From: Haplodiscus bocki
Taxonomy: Eukaryota
NCBI GenBank assembly: GCA_965655095.1
Contig: OZ296653.1
Coordinates: 70,804,001 to 70,868,000, forward strand
Length of the DNA: 64,000 nucleotides
Direction: 5' to 3'
How positions within the stretch are numbered: position 1 is the stretch's first letter; the number at the start of each line of letters is the position of its first letter. Positions 49,785 to 61,699 of this stretch are shown one piece after another. Both the position numbers and the translations under genes were made by a program. The notes below the pieces were generated by a model, which did not search any database, had not been told where the DNA came from, and saw only the letters and a program-made list of their open reading frames with translations.

Positions 49785-52700
49785 ATGCCAACCGAGCACG
49801 TTTTAATTTCGAGCTCAACGTTAAGTTCTCCCAACAAGGATTTGCCGCCGTCTGGGGACACTGAGTGAGTTTTTAGTGTAACCTTTTCGAGCCATAATCA
49901 GATAAATCCTTCAGAGTCTTTTTTGCTTAATGCTTAATTGTTTGGGTATATTGGGTTCCTTTTTATGGGAACACCGTTGAACTCACAGTCAGTCGAGTTG
50001 CGGCGAGCGATTGATTCCTAATGTTATTTCAGGGGATCGGAGAAGAATTCTGCGATTAATGATTTAATCAGAATCTATACAGGATCAAAGAATAGCTGTG
50101 TTTTGCCGATTGAGCAGGTGATTTAATTTCGCACAGTCTTTTCTATATCCAAGAATGATCAGAAAACAAAGCTTGTTTCTTTTTGCAGTCAAATTACCCA
50201 ATGCAAGAGGTGCTACTGCGGAGGAGAAACCGTGTGATCCTCCGCCTTTCTTGTTGTCTTCGGCCGAACTTCAGTGAGCTTCTTGTATCCTGTTTAAAGA
50301 GGCTTTATCACGCTCACCAGATAAGAAAACTGTTGTTCAGTCTGACCTGTTCATTTTGTTATCTTCAGCCTTCTTTCAATTCATCAGATTACTCAAGAAC
50401 TCGTCGTGTTCATGATAGAAGGAGCGTTTATTTCAATTTCAAACTTTCAGGGGTTCGAGGAGTAATTCAACAGTTGACAATACTCCTCATGTCAACTTCC
50501 CCAATGATGGCGAAGTCTAGTTGTTTTTAATTCGTTGAGAAAGAGCTCTAAGTCTACACTACGCGTTTTTGACATCCATCAATTACTTAGAAATCTTGCG
50601 TTTCCATTTTCCAATGATAGAGACTAGCTGAAGTCAAAACACTGTCGGGGAAGCGCCCAATGCGATAGCAGTTGTTTGATTCTCCATCTTCGCCCGAACT
50701 TCAGTGAGTTTTCTGCACCCTGCTCAAACACTCATCGTTTAAATGTTCACAATAGTAAAACTTCGGAGTCTTTTCTCGTCTCTTTTTGAGGTAAAATGTG
50801 CCTTCTTATGGAATCACTAATCAAATCCCAATTAGTGGGATCCAAGGAAGGTTTGTTACAGAATTTTCAAGTTTCGGATAACTCGAAACAGTCAAAATGA
50901 GAGAAGTGAGATTCATCAAGACAGATAGCGCAGATAGCGAAGCAACGGCTGAACGGGAAGACATTGACGACAGGTACAAGTTCAATAAGGTAAATTTCAT
51001 TTTTCTGTAAAAAAAACGTATTTTTTCAGTCAATTCCCTAACCTCAGTGCGGAAGAGGACTCTGCTGTTAACGCACACAATCCCCCGCTGTCATCATGGA
51101 GCACGTGGAACTAGAGTCAAGAGTTTGAAGATCAGGTTATAGAGTTGGTGTTTTTGCAGCGTCACAGAGCCTTCCAATTCAAGTCAAGGATTCGAAGGCC
51201 GATGAATATTCTCGAGTCATCTGTGTTGGAGGACATTTCGACCTGCAACTCAGCAGCTAGAGGTAATCATTTTCCTACCATGATTGGAGGGAAATCTTAA
51301 TTTCGGGTTCAATTGTACAATTGATTTTTAGGGCAACCAAAAACAGCCAGAAGACCCAGAGATAGGCAGTCGAAAAGGAAGGGTTAGTAGGAACAATTTA
51401 ATTAAATTATTTGGAATCATTTACGGGATTAATGAAAAAAAATCGACTTCAGAAATTCGAAGCAGAGCGCCGCGTGCAGAAGCCGACTACAGCAGAGGAC
51501 AACATCATCGCCTCAGTTAGTCAATATGTCTCGACTCTGCTCCCAAAGAGGATGAATATTGAGTTCGTTTATTACCTTAATGGCTTTCTGAAACAATGGC
51601 TGTGACTAAGAACACCGGTATGTTTTCAACTGTTCAGAACAACACTGCCTGCTGAAGAAGAGGCGATTATTCGGCCAACCAGGAAGAGTGGGACCAACTG
51701 ATGGCCAACAAGCCGCCTTGCTACCTTTTTAGCGCAGCAGCTACAGTAAACACGTAGATTGCTTCAGAATACACACTTTGGTAGAGAAATATCTTGAAAG
51801 ATTTAACACTTGGTGCAAACTTTTCCAATTTAAAAAGCAACGAGGTAACAATCAAAAAGAAGACAACCAGCTCCAGCGATGGCACCCTTTCGCCAATGGG
51901 AACAAACTCGGCGGAAGAGTTAGTTTGAGAGAAAAATTCCTGGAAAAAGAAAATAAACCACGTTTACTGAAAAGTGTTATCGGATGACTGTTCCAGGTGA
52001 ACAAGTAAAGCGGTACCGAAAAAAATCCAAAGTCACATCTACTGCCGCTTCCTACAAAACGAAGCGAAAGACGTGGGATCGTTAGATTATTGAAACAGAA
52101 AAAACATAGTGAGACAAACTTAATTGAAATTTAAATGCTTTTGGAGCACTACAGTCGACTGTTTGATATGACTGAAGGACATTACCAAAAACAACACAAA
52201 GCGCCTTTCAAAAGACAAGCATTAGACATTTAGCCAAACCGACAAAAAGCTGAGCTGTTGCTTCAGTCTCTCCCAATAGTTTTCAAGTGGCAAAAAGCGA
52301 CCGAAAATTGTTTCCACGATACTAGATTGCCGCAAATTGTATGGGAGAAGAAATGATTAAAAACAGCACAGCGAAGAGTAAGTGAGAGTGACCAACAGAA
52401 GAAAGCTGAAGCTCTCAATGTTATATGTTGTTTCCTGCCGAATCCAATTGTTGGCAGTTTTCACTAGAAATTAATCCTGAGATAAAGTTCATCAAGTGAC
52501 GACTCGCTCTGATTTTGCCTCAATTCGATACTTTTCTCAACAGATGCTGATGAACTCAGTGAATTTAACAATACTGCCAAGTTCAGCACGCATCTGAGGA
52601 AGTATAAGGAGAACCGAAGGCGGTTGCGTGAACAGAACAAGGTGCTCAAAGGTACACGGAGAGCTAGCTGAACCAGCTTGAACGCCTTCAGTCGTTGATC

Positions 52701-55700
52701 AAACTTCCGCAAGGATTCACTGATATGACAGAGTTTCCTTCGATCATAGAGTCTCTAAAAACAATAGACGCCCCCAAAGCCATCTGCATGTAGCGCGAGG
52801 CATAATTGAGTTCGTTGACTTCCTCGTTGAGGATGTCGGTCCAGACGGCCCAAACAAAAGGCAAAATGCCCCATCCTGCCATCTTGGAAGAAAATAGAGA
52901 AAAACATCGTCAGGTGTGGAAGATTACCGCGAAAACGGCAGTAAAAACAGAAAATACTCGACAGGTACGAGCAGCTAAACTACCGCCGAGCTTAAAACTC
53001 TGAAGGTAAAGCTGCTCAAGCTGTTGGAAGACTTGCTGGAGAAAGCCCTGAGGAGAGAACAGCCTCAACGAGGAGGATTAAAGGTTGGTAATAAAATGCC
53101 TTATCTGCGTACTTCCATTTCGAACACCCTGCCGCAGCTCAACGGCCATTCACGTCAAGTTAGAGGACAACCGCCAAATGGTCAAAATCGCAGATAATCT
53201 CATCCTTGATTGAATCATCCTTCTGCAGTATTTGTTTTCTCGCTTCAGAGGTGAAAAGATGTCACAGACCATCCAGCCGATAACGGAACAGATTACGGAC
53301 AACAATAAGATCTATAGTAAGGAAGGGAGAAGGTTTTGATGCACTTTGACGAACCTGCAGCTACAAAAGTTAATGGATGTGGCCCACACTGTCGTTGTGA
53401 AGAGAACCAAAGACAAGACTGTGAAAAAACCGGACAAGAAATATCTCTACCATCCACTCATTAAGCTGAGTGAGAAACCCAACAGCCAGTCCCCGAAAAA
53501 TTTCACTCGGGATATTCGCCGGACACTGAATAAGGAGACTATTTTTCACTCGACAGCATCCAGGAAGCGCATGCATAAAGCATTGAGTTGTCAAGTTGTC
53601 TAACGCAAAAGAAAATGTGGCCATCAACAAAGACAGGGGCCACATACAGCCAATTGTCCATGGCTTCCAAGAGGAAGTCAACAAGAAGTCTAAAGCGTTG
53701 TTGGTTTCCAACCTCATTGGTTAGGAGCTGAGAGCAAGTCACAAAGAAACCACGCAAAGATTAGGTGCAGTAAAATGGCTTTGGAACACTCTCACGAACT
53801 GTTTTGTTGTTCCACAGCGAAAACACGGCAATAGAATGGCAGTCTTCTCCCTCAACCCAACCACAATCTTGAGTAACTGCTAATGTTCTTCACCACAATT
53901 TTGATACAAAATTTCCCTATTCCAGAACTTTGAGTTCGAAACTGCTTTTGAGCAGTTCGTTTGGACCATAAGACGCTTCTTTTCATAAAAGTCACAAAAC
54001 ACGAAGCTTCAAAATTGAATATCGAAAATAATCGAAATAAGATTTCAACACTCCCATCAATTATCTGCTTCTTTTAGCACGAAAAAATGGCCCTGCAGAG
54101 GCCTTCTCATCCGTCCACTCTGCAACAACCTTCTGCAGCAGCTATTATCTCTCTACAAAGTTTCTGAAACGAATTTATCCAAAAATCCTGGTAAATGGTT
54201 TTTGTGCTTGAACTCCTCGCTTCCATGAATTGATTATAACTCCATAATTGCAATAAAAATATGCATACGAACCGTTCACCAGCCGTCTTGATTGCCCACA
54301 AATTGCAAGTGCCGTTAGTTTAATTGTTTTTTCCGGCAATTTTCCTTTCAAAACGAATGTTTCTAACTTAATTACTTGTTCAGATTTCGATGACGACAAC
54401 TCCGCGTGAGAAGACAACTCAGCAGCAAATGAAAGTGTTATTGAACGTCAGACAGAAAAAGGTGGTTGTATATTTAACGTTTTCCGAAAGATATAGTACC
54501 GTTTTGTGTTTCAGTCGTTCCACTCCGTTTCTGAAAGTGGAGACGAAACTGTAAGTTTCTAGAACAGACATACATTCAAAGGAATATGAAAACTTTCTTT
54601 TTCTCCTCGTTCTATTTCACTTCTATTATTTTTTTCATATTCCATAACAGTAAACCAAAGAGCCCTCGAAAGAAGAAGAAGCGGACAGTGTACGTCAAAG
54701 GGAAAGACTAGGCATCAACAAAAAATGGCTGAAGAAGTCGATCAAAAATTAAAAAATTGCAACCTCTGAATTTTACCAATTTTGAAGAAAAGCATTCAAT
54801 TTTCATTCCAGTAAAAGCCAACTGAACCACGTTTAAGACGCTTGAGACGACAGCAGAGACGTTGAAAGATTAACTCTGCAAGAAGCGGGCACTTCGCCGA
54901 CCAGGATCTGCTGCAGTACCTGATATTGTAATCAACTTGGTATCTGAGTTGTTCCTCGTGGAATTGGAGGGGCATTACGTACTTAAGGAAGCTCCAGACC
55001 GTTTCTGTCCTCAAGTGTGTGACAAACTGGCGAGGCGTCATTTCCGAAAGTTGAGAGAATGGAAGAAGAAAAAAATCGAGTCGGAAGGATGGTTTAAACG
55101 GGACATTCCTTTTCATGAACTGCTTGAACTAAAGATAAACGCTATAATTTTCAAGAACTCCACGCTCAAACATTTCATGTTTTCTTTTTTGTTGCTTCGA
55201 ACGAGCGATCTACTGATAACATACCAATCGGAACATACTTCATTTTGTGCAGGAGAGACTGTTCGCCAAGGAAGTCTCTCAACATCCGATGACATTAATA
55301 TTGAGTTCATGAACCGGGACCGTGAGGGGATGCAGGTCCGGCTGATAGATGAGCAGAAGGTCCGGGGTCTTGATGCGACCAGAGGTTCGAAAAAGAAGAA
55401 TTTCTCCTATTTTATAAAGAAAACGACTCTTCAAAGAGGATTAAGAAAAGCGATTGGCGGTTAGAAAAGACAAAACACTACTTTGTGAAATGTTCAAAAA
55501 ATAAGGTATTGAATATTCAAAAAAAATCAATCAGTACATACATCTACAAGGATCGGAGAGGGTCTTTGTACATCAACGCTTCAGACGAAGACGCGCTTCA
55601 TTAATGACAACATATAACTCAAAAAGTTACCGCCAAACCCTACCGGGACAAGAACAGTTGGAGATTTTCGTCCCGAAAAATTTCGAAAGCTGTGCGATTC

Positions 55701-55835
55701 AAAAAATATATATTCTTTTCCAGCTGGCCCTCTTCACGTCAAGCTTGTTGCGCTGCGAGATATTCTCAAGGACGACGAAGTTGTATACAATTATGAGGGC
55801 GACAATTTGTCTTCGCGAAAAAAGAACTATCTCAA
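49785..55835 (+). pseudogene. Array gene copy 3
   Basis: As copy 2. Has a small deletion removing part of GLAR in the SET domain (~55593) and a longer open frame 54937-55464. Confidence 0.62.
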
Positions 55836-56010
55836 GTTACATTTTTTCTTCGCTTATAAAAGAATATGAAATGCAGTCTTTTAGGCCGCAGACGGGAATG
55901 ATTCAGGATAACAGGTACGCTGTTTATCTGAGACTATTGCGAGAAAATTGAAGTTGAAACTTACTCATTCTGCTTCGCAAGTCGTGATCTTTTGGAGGTT
56001 GATAAACACC

Positions 56011-59000
56011 ATGCCAACCCAGCACGTTTTAATTTCGAGCTCAACGTTAGTTTCTCCCAACAAGGATTTGCCGCTGTCTGGGGACACTGAGTGAGTTTTT
56101 AGTGTAACCTTTTCGAGCCATAATCAGATAAATCCTTCAGAGTCTTTTTTGCTTAATGCTTAATTGTTTGGGTATATTGGGTTCCTTCTTATGGGAACAC
56201 CGTTGAACTCACAGTCAGTCGAGTTGCGACGAGCGATTGATTCCTAATGTTATTTCAGGGGATCGGAGAAGAATTCTGCGATTAATGATTTAATCAGAAT
56301 CTATACAGGATCAAAGAATAGCTGTGTTTTGCTGATTGAGCAGGTGATTTAATTTCGCACAGTCTTTTCTATATCCAACAATGATCAGAAAACAAAGCTT
56401 GTTTCTTTTTGCAGTCAAATTACCCAATGCAAAAGGTGCTACTGCGGAGGAGAATCCGTGTGATCCTCCGCCTTTCTTGTTGTCTTCGGCCGAACTTCAG
56501 TGAGTTTCTTGTATCCTGTTTAAAGAGGCTTTATCACGCTCACCAGATAAGAAAACTGTTGTTCAGTCTGACCTGTTCATTTTGTTATCTTCAGCCTTCT
56601 TTCAATTCATCAGATTACTCAAGAACTCGTTGTGTTCATGATAGAAGGAGCGTTTATTTCAATTTCAAACTTTCAGGGGTTCGAGGAGTAATTCAACAGT
56701 TGACAAAACTCCTCATGTCAACTTCCCCAATGATGGCGAAGTCTAGTTGTTTTTAATTCGTTGAGAAAGAGCTCTAAGTCTACACTACGCGTTTTTGACA
56801 TCCACCAATTACTTAGAAATCTTGTGCTTCCATTTTCCAATGATAGAGACTAGCTGAAGTCAAAACACTGTCGAGGAAGCGCCCAATGCGATAGCAGTTG
56901 TTTGATTCTCCATCTTCGCCCGAACTTCAGTGAGTTTTCTGCACCCTGCTCAAACACTCATCGTTTAAATGTTCACAATAGTAAAACTTCGGAGTCTTTT
57001 CTCGTCTCTTTTTGAGGTAAAATGTGCCTTCTTATGGAATCACTAATCAAATCCCAATTAGTGGGATCCAAGGAAGGTTTGTTACAGAATTTTCAAGTTT
57101 CGGATAACTCGAAACAGTCAAAATGAGAGAAGTGAGATTCATCAAGACAGATAGCGCAGATAGCGAAGCAACGGCTGAACGGGAAGACATTGACGACAGG
57201 TACAAGTTCAATAAGGTAAATTTCACTTTTCTGTAAAAAACGTATTTTTTCAGTCAATTCCATAACCTCAGTGCGGAAGAGGACTCTGCTGTTAACGCAA
57301 ACAATCCCCCGCTGTCACCAGGGAGCACGTGGAACTAGAGTCAAGAGTCTGAAGATCAGGTTATAGAGTTGGCGTTTTTGCAGCGTCACAGAGCCTTCCA
57401 ATTCAAGTCAAGGATTCGAAGGCCGATGAATATTCTCGAGTCATCTGTGTTGGAGGACATTTCGACCTGCAACTCAGCAGCTAGAGGGTAATCATTTTCC
57501 TACCATGATTGGAGGGAAACCTTAATTTCGGGTTCAATTGTACAATTGATTTTTAGGGCAACCAGTAACAGCCAGAAGACCCAGAGATAGGCAGTCGAAA
57601 AGGAAGGGTTAGTAGGAACATTTCAATTAGATTATTTGGAATCATTTACGGGATTAATGAAAAAAAAATCGACTTCAGAAATTCGAAGCAGAGCGCCGCG
57701 TGCAGAAGCCAACTACAGCAGAGGACAACATCATCGCCTCAGTTAGTCAATATGTCTCGACTCTGCTCCCAAAGAGGATGAATATTGAGTTCGTTTATTA
57801 CCTTAATGGCTTTCTGAAACAATGGCTGTGACTAAGAACACCGGTATGTTTTCAACTGTTCAGAACAACACTGCCTGCTGAAGAAGAGGCCATTATTCGG
57901 CCAACCAGGAAGAGTGGGACCAACTGATGGCCAACAAGCCGCCTTGCTACCTTTTTAGCGCAGCAGCTACAGTAAACACGTAGATTGCTTCAGAATACAC
58001 ACTTTGGTATAGAAATATCTTGAAAGATTTAACACTTGGTGCAAACTTTTCCAATTTAAAAAGCAACGAGGTAACAATCAAAAAGAAGACAACCAGCTCC
58101 AGCGATGGCACCCTTTCGCCAATGGGAACAAACTCGGCGGAAGAGTCAGTTTGAGAGAAAAATTCCTGGAAAAAGAAAATAAACCACGTTTACTGAAAAG
58201 TGTTATCGGATGACTGTTCCAGGTGAACAAGTAAAGCGGTACCGAAAAAAAATCCAAAGTCACATCTACTGCCGCTTACTACAAAACGAAGCGAAAGACG
58301 TGGGATCGTTAGATTATTGAAACAGAAAAAACATAGTGAGACAAACTTAATTGAAATTTAAATGCTTTTGCAGCACTACAGTCGACTGTTTGATATGACT
58401 GAAGGACATTACCAAAAACAACACAAAGCGTCTTTCAAAAGACAAGCATTAGACATTTAGCCAAACCGACAAAAAGCTGAGCTGTTGCTTCAGTCTCTCC
58501 CAATAGTTTTCAAGTGGCAAAAAGCGACCGAAAATTGTTTCCACGATACTAGATTGCCGCAAAGTGTATGGGAGAAGAAATGATTAAAAACAGCACAGCG
58601 AAGAGTAAGTGAGAGTGACCAACAGAAGAAAGCAGAAGCTCTCAATGTTATATGTTGTTTCCTGCCGAATCCAATTGTTGGCAGTTTTCACTAGAACTTA
58701 ATCCTAAGTTCATCAAGTAACGACTCGCTCTGATTCTGCCTCAATTCGATACTTTTTTCAACAGATGCTGATGAACTCAGTAAATTTAACCATACTGCCA
58801 AGTTCAGCACGCATCTGAGGAAGTATAAGGAGAACCGAAGGCGGTTGCGTGAACAAAACAAGGTGCTCAAAGGTACACGGAGAGCTAGCTGAACCTGCTT
58901 GAACGCCTTCAGTCGTTGATCAAACTTCCGCAAGGATTCACTGATATGACAGAGTTTCCTTCGATCATAGAGTCTCTAAAAACAATACACGCCCCCAAAG

Positions 59001-59697
59001 CCATCTGCATGTAGCGCGAGGCATAATTGAGTTCGTTGACTTCCTCGTTGAGGATGTCGGTCCAGACGGCCCAAACAAAAGGCAAAATGCCCCATCCTGC
59101 CATCTTGGAAGAAAATAGAGAAAAACATCGTCAGGTGTGGAAGATTACCGCGAAAACGGCAGTAAAAACAGAAAATACTCGACAGGTACGAGCAGCTAAA
59201 CTACCGCCGAGCTTAAAACTGTGAAGGTAAAGCTGCTCAAGCTGTTGGAAGACTTGCTGGAGAAAGCCCTGAGGAGAGAACAGCCCCAACGAGGAGGATT
59301 AAAGGTTGGTAATAAAATGCCTTATCTGCGTACTTCCATTTAGAACACCCTGCCGCAGCTCAACAGCCAATCATGTCAAGTTAGAGCACTGTTGCCAAAT
59401 GGTCAAAACGGCAGATAAAAGCAGCTAATTCCTCCTGCTTAAGCCCACCAAGTCCTTTGGCAGAAAGAAGTCAGTTTACCACCAAACACTTCACATACTG
59501 CTCCTGAACACTTCCCCTCCCAAAAAAATTCAGATGGATCAAAGCAGCTTTTATGTGATAAAGCCATTTTCAAAGTTGAATCTCATCGTTGATTGAATCA
59601 TCCTTCTGCAGTTTTTGTTTTATCGCTTCAGAGGTGAAAAATGTCACAGACCAACCAGCGGATAACGGAACAGATGACGGGCACCAATAAGATCTAT
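56011..59697 (+). pseudogene. Array gene copy 4, 3'-truncated within the YR-like region
   Basis: Similarity ends at ...aataagatctat (~59697). Contains ~160 bp (59417-59579) absent from copies 1-3. Confidence 0.55.
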
Positions 59698-59950
59698 GAC
59701 AATGCCAAGAGTCAACAAATATCAAGAATGCAGAATTATTAAACAACGTTAAACTTAAACATGACTTAACTTGAATTCAATACGCGCATATTTTAACCAC
59801 TTAATCGGTGCTTTTTATAATTAAAGAACCCACTTCTCCGATGCTTTAAATAAAAATATGCGGTCACGTCGCTATTGATGGCAACATTTCATCACGCCAG
59901 CCACTTCAGAAGACTATCTAAAATTATTCTCCTGACGAAACAGCTTCTGT

Positions 59951-60836
59951 TGTGGAGAAGACCGCCACAAATCACGACAACGGACGTCAGCAAAAAAGGC
60001 CGCCAACTCAACTACGAACGTCAAATTGCACCAGTTTGATTAAATTTAGCAGACACCAAATTTTAGTTACTTACAGAATTAGTAACTATCAACTGCTTTC
60101 AAGATCAAAATTATTTCTTCAAAAGCCTACTACAAAATTTCGTCCGCGCTTCGAACTTACAGCAGTTGAAACATTAATAGTAACTTTTGGGACGATTCCC
60201 TGACAACTATCCCAAAAAAAGTATAATTCTGGAGCATGTCAGCCAGATCATGCACCAGACAATGACCAGTAAATTAATGCTGATCACGCTGAGCATGACG
60301 AGCAGAGTATAAAAGACAGCATCGTTACATCTCTGCTTTTAGACACCCCTTTTTGAAGTTCAAGAAACTCAACTGCGCTGTTCTTTTTGGCTTTTTGATT
60401 TCAAATTTTTTGAAAGATTTTCTTTTGACGTTAGACGTCTTTGCAATTCAGACAAAAATTTAAACAAAGCACAATTTCTTTTTTCCGCTCTTTTGTTGAA
60501 ATTCGACCGAACCAACTATTCACAGAACACCCCAGAAGAATCAACCACACCCTCTGACCAACCAAACCCACATCCACACCAACCTTCGATCATAATGTCG
60601 TGAGTTCCATTGTTATTAGTTAAATAAGTTTTATCCTTTGTAAAACGTAATATTTGCTTAGCTTATATTTTAACGAAAAGAAATATTCAACCAACTTCAT
60701 AATTTTGTTTCTTTCACTTTCATCATAGCAAGCTATAAACAGATCAAATTTTTAGTAGCCATAAAGTAGTCAAAACTACTTTCTCAATTCAATAGTAGTA
60801 GAGTATTCCCAGACTTACTACTAATAAATTTATATA
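59951..60836 (+). repeat. LTR-like segment, possibly an older LTR interrupted by element C
   Basis: Starts TGTGGAGAAGACCGCC after a compositional break. Has short tandem motifs, a TATA-like gagtataaaa (~60306) and AATAAA-like signals. No partner LTR in the window. Confidence 0.35.
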
Positions 60837-61345
60837 CGTGACGAGAACCAGAAACACGCATTCGAAAGAAAATCAAAGAAAGATGAAATTTGTTCAGAGC
60901 TTGCTAGAATTTGAGAAGATAAAGTCAGAACCACCCACCAGTAATCGAGATTATAAAATTTTAGAACTAAGAAACAACTCGTTTGCATAGAGTTGATACT
61001 AGTTTTTGAAATTACTCTATATTAGAAGGACCAATATAAGTAGAAGCCGGCTTAGGTCGCTGGTCCACCAGGGGCTGAAAGTTGTGAGCCCAGTAGTGGT
61101 AAGGAACCAACGTAGCATCTCCCTGTCTCGAACCAAGTAGAACCTGGAAGGTCTGCAGTATTGACTAATGCCTGGTTGTGATCTGGACACTGCACACTTA
61201 TACCAGACAGTGTAGAGTGATTTCTTTAATATACGTATTTAAGAAAGAATAAAATTCAGCCACCACTATTCAATATAATAAGAATAAGCTACGCGAACAA
61301 AACCATTCAAAAATATTCACCACTCATAAATGCAAACACGTCACA
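60837..61345 (+). repeat. 5' LTR of element C (left boundary tentative)
   Basis: Ends ...acgtcaca at 61345, just before the PBS. The candidate start (c/t)gtgacg is its inverted complement. AATAAA at ~61248. Confidence 0.55.
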
Positions 61346-61349
61346 AAAA

Positions 61350-61367
61350 TGGTGACAAGGGTGGGAT
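61350..61367 (+). promoter_or_regulatory. Primer binding site, tRNA-Leu-like
   Basis: TGGTGACAAGGGTGGGAT, 4 nt after the LTR end; resembles Leu-tRNA PBS sequences of the TGGTGxCAGxxGTGGGAT type. Confidence 0.7.
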
Positions 61368-61699
61368 CTGACTTTCTCCTTCTTTTGTTTTTTGTGTGTT
61401 TTTGGTAAAACGTAAAACTGTTTAATTCTCAAACCTTCAGTCGCCAGTACAAAGTGAGTGGTACAACTTTGACGCCGAACGGTTGCCTTCACGAACGGTC
61501 GCTCTCAAAGCAACTTAAAATTAAAACTACTTGTTTCGCTCTTGAGAAGAGCTGGTTAATAAAAGAAAAAGAAGTTGGTTGAACAAAACTCTAAGACAGT
61601 GCGCGTTTGTTTAAATTCTCAAATAAAATTTAAACAGTAAGTGTTTGTTTAAACTTAGAGTTAAAATTCGGTAAGATCTAAGAACGTTTTTGCTCAAAA

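Larger units (their letters stand above)
39099..59697 (+). repeat. Head-to-tail tandem array of a ~6.24-kb unit, ~3.3 copies
   Basis: Equivalent ORFs recur at 39292/45535/51778, 40201/46445/52688/58909 and 43939/50183/56409. Copies are near-identical but carry distinct SNPs and indels. Confidence 0.97.

Noticed and set aside
39099-59697. Tandem array as a pure assembly artefact
   Set aside because: Copies differ by many substitutions and indels, including a ~160-bp segment, more than expected from re-assembling one sequence. Copy number still needs read-depth confirmation.
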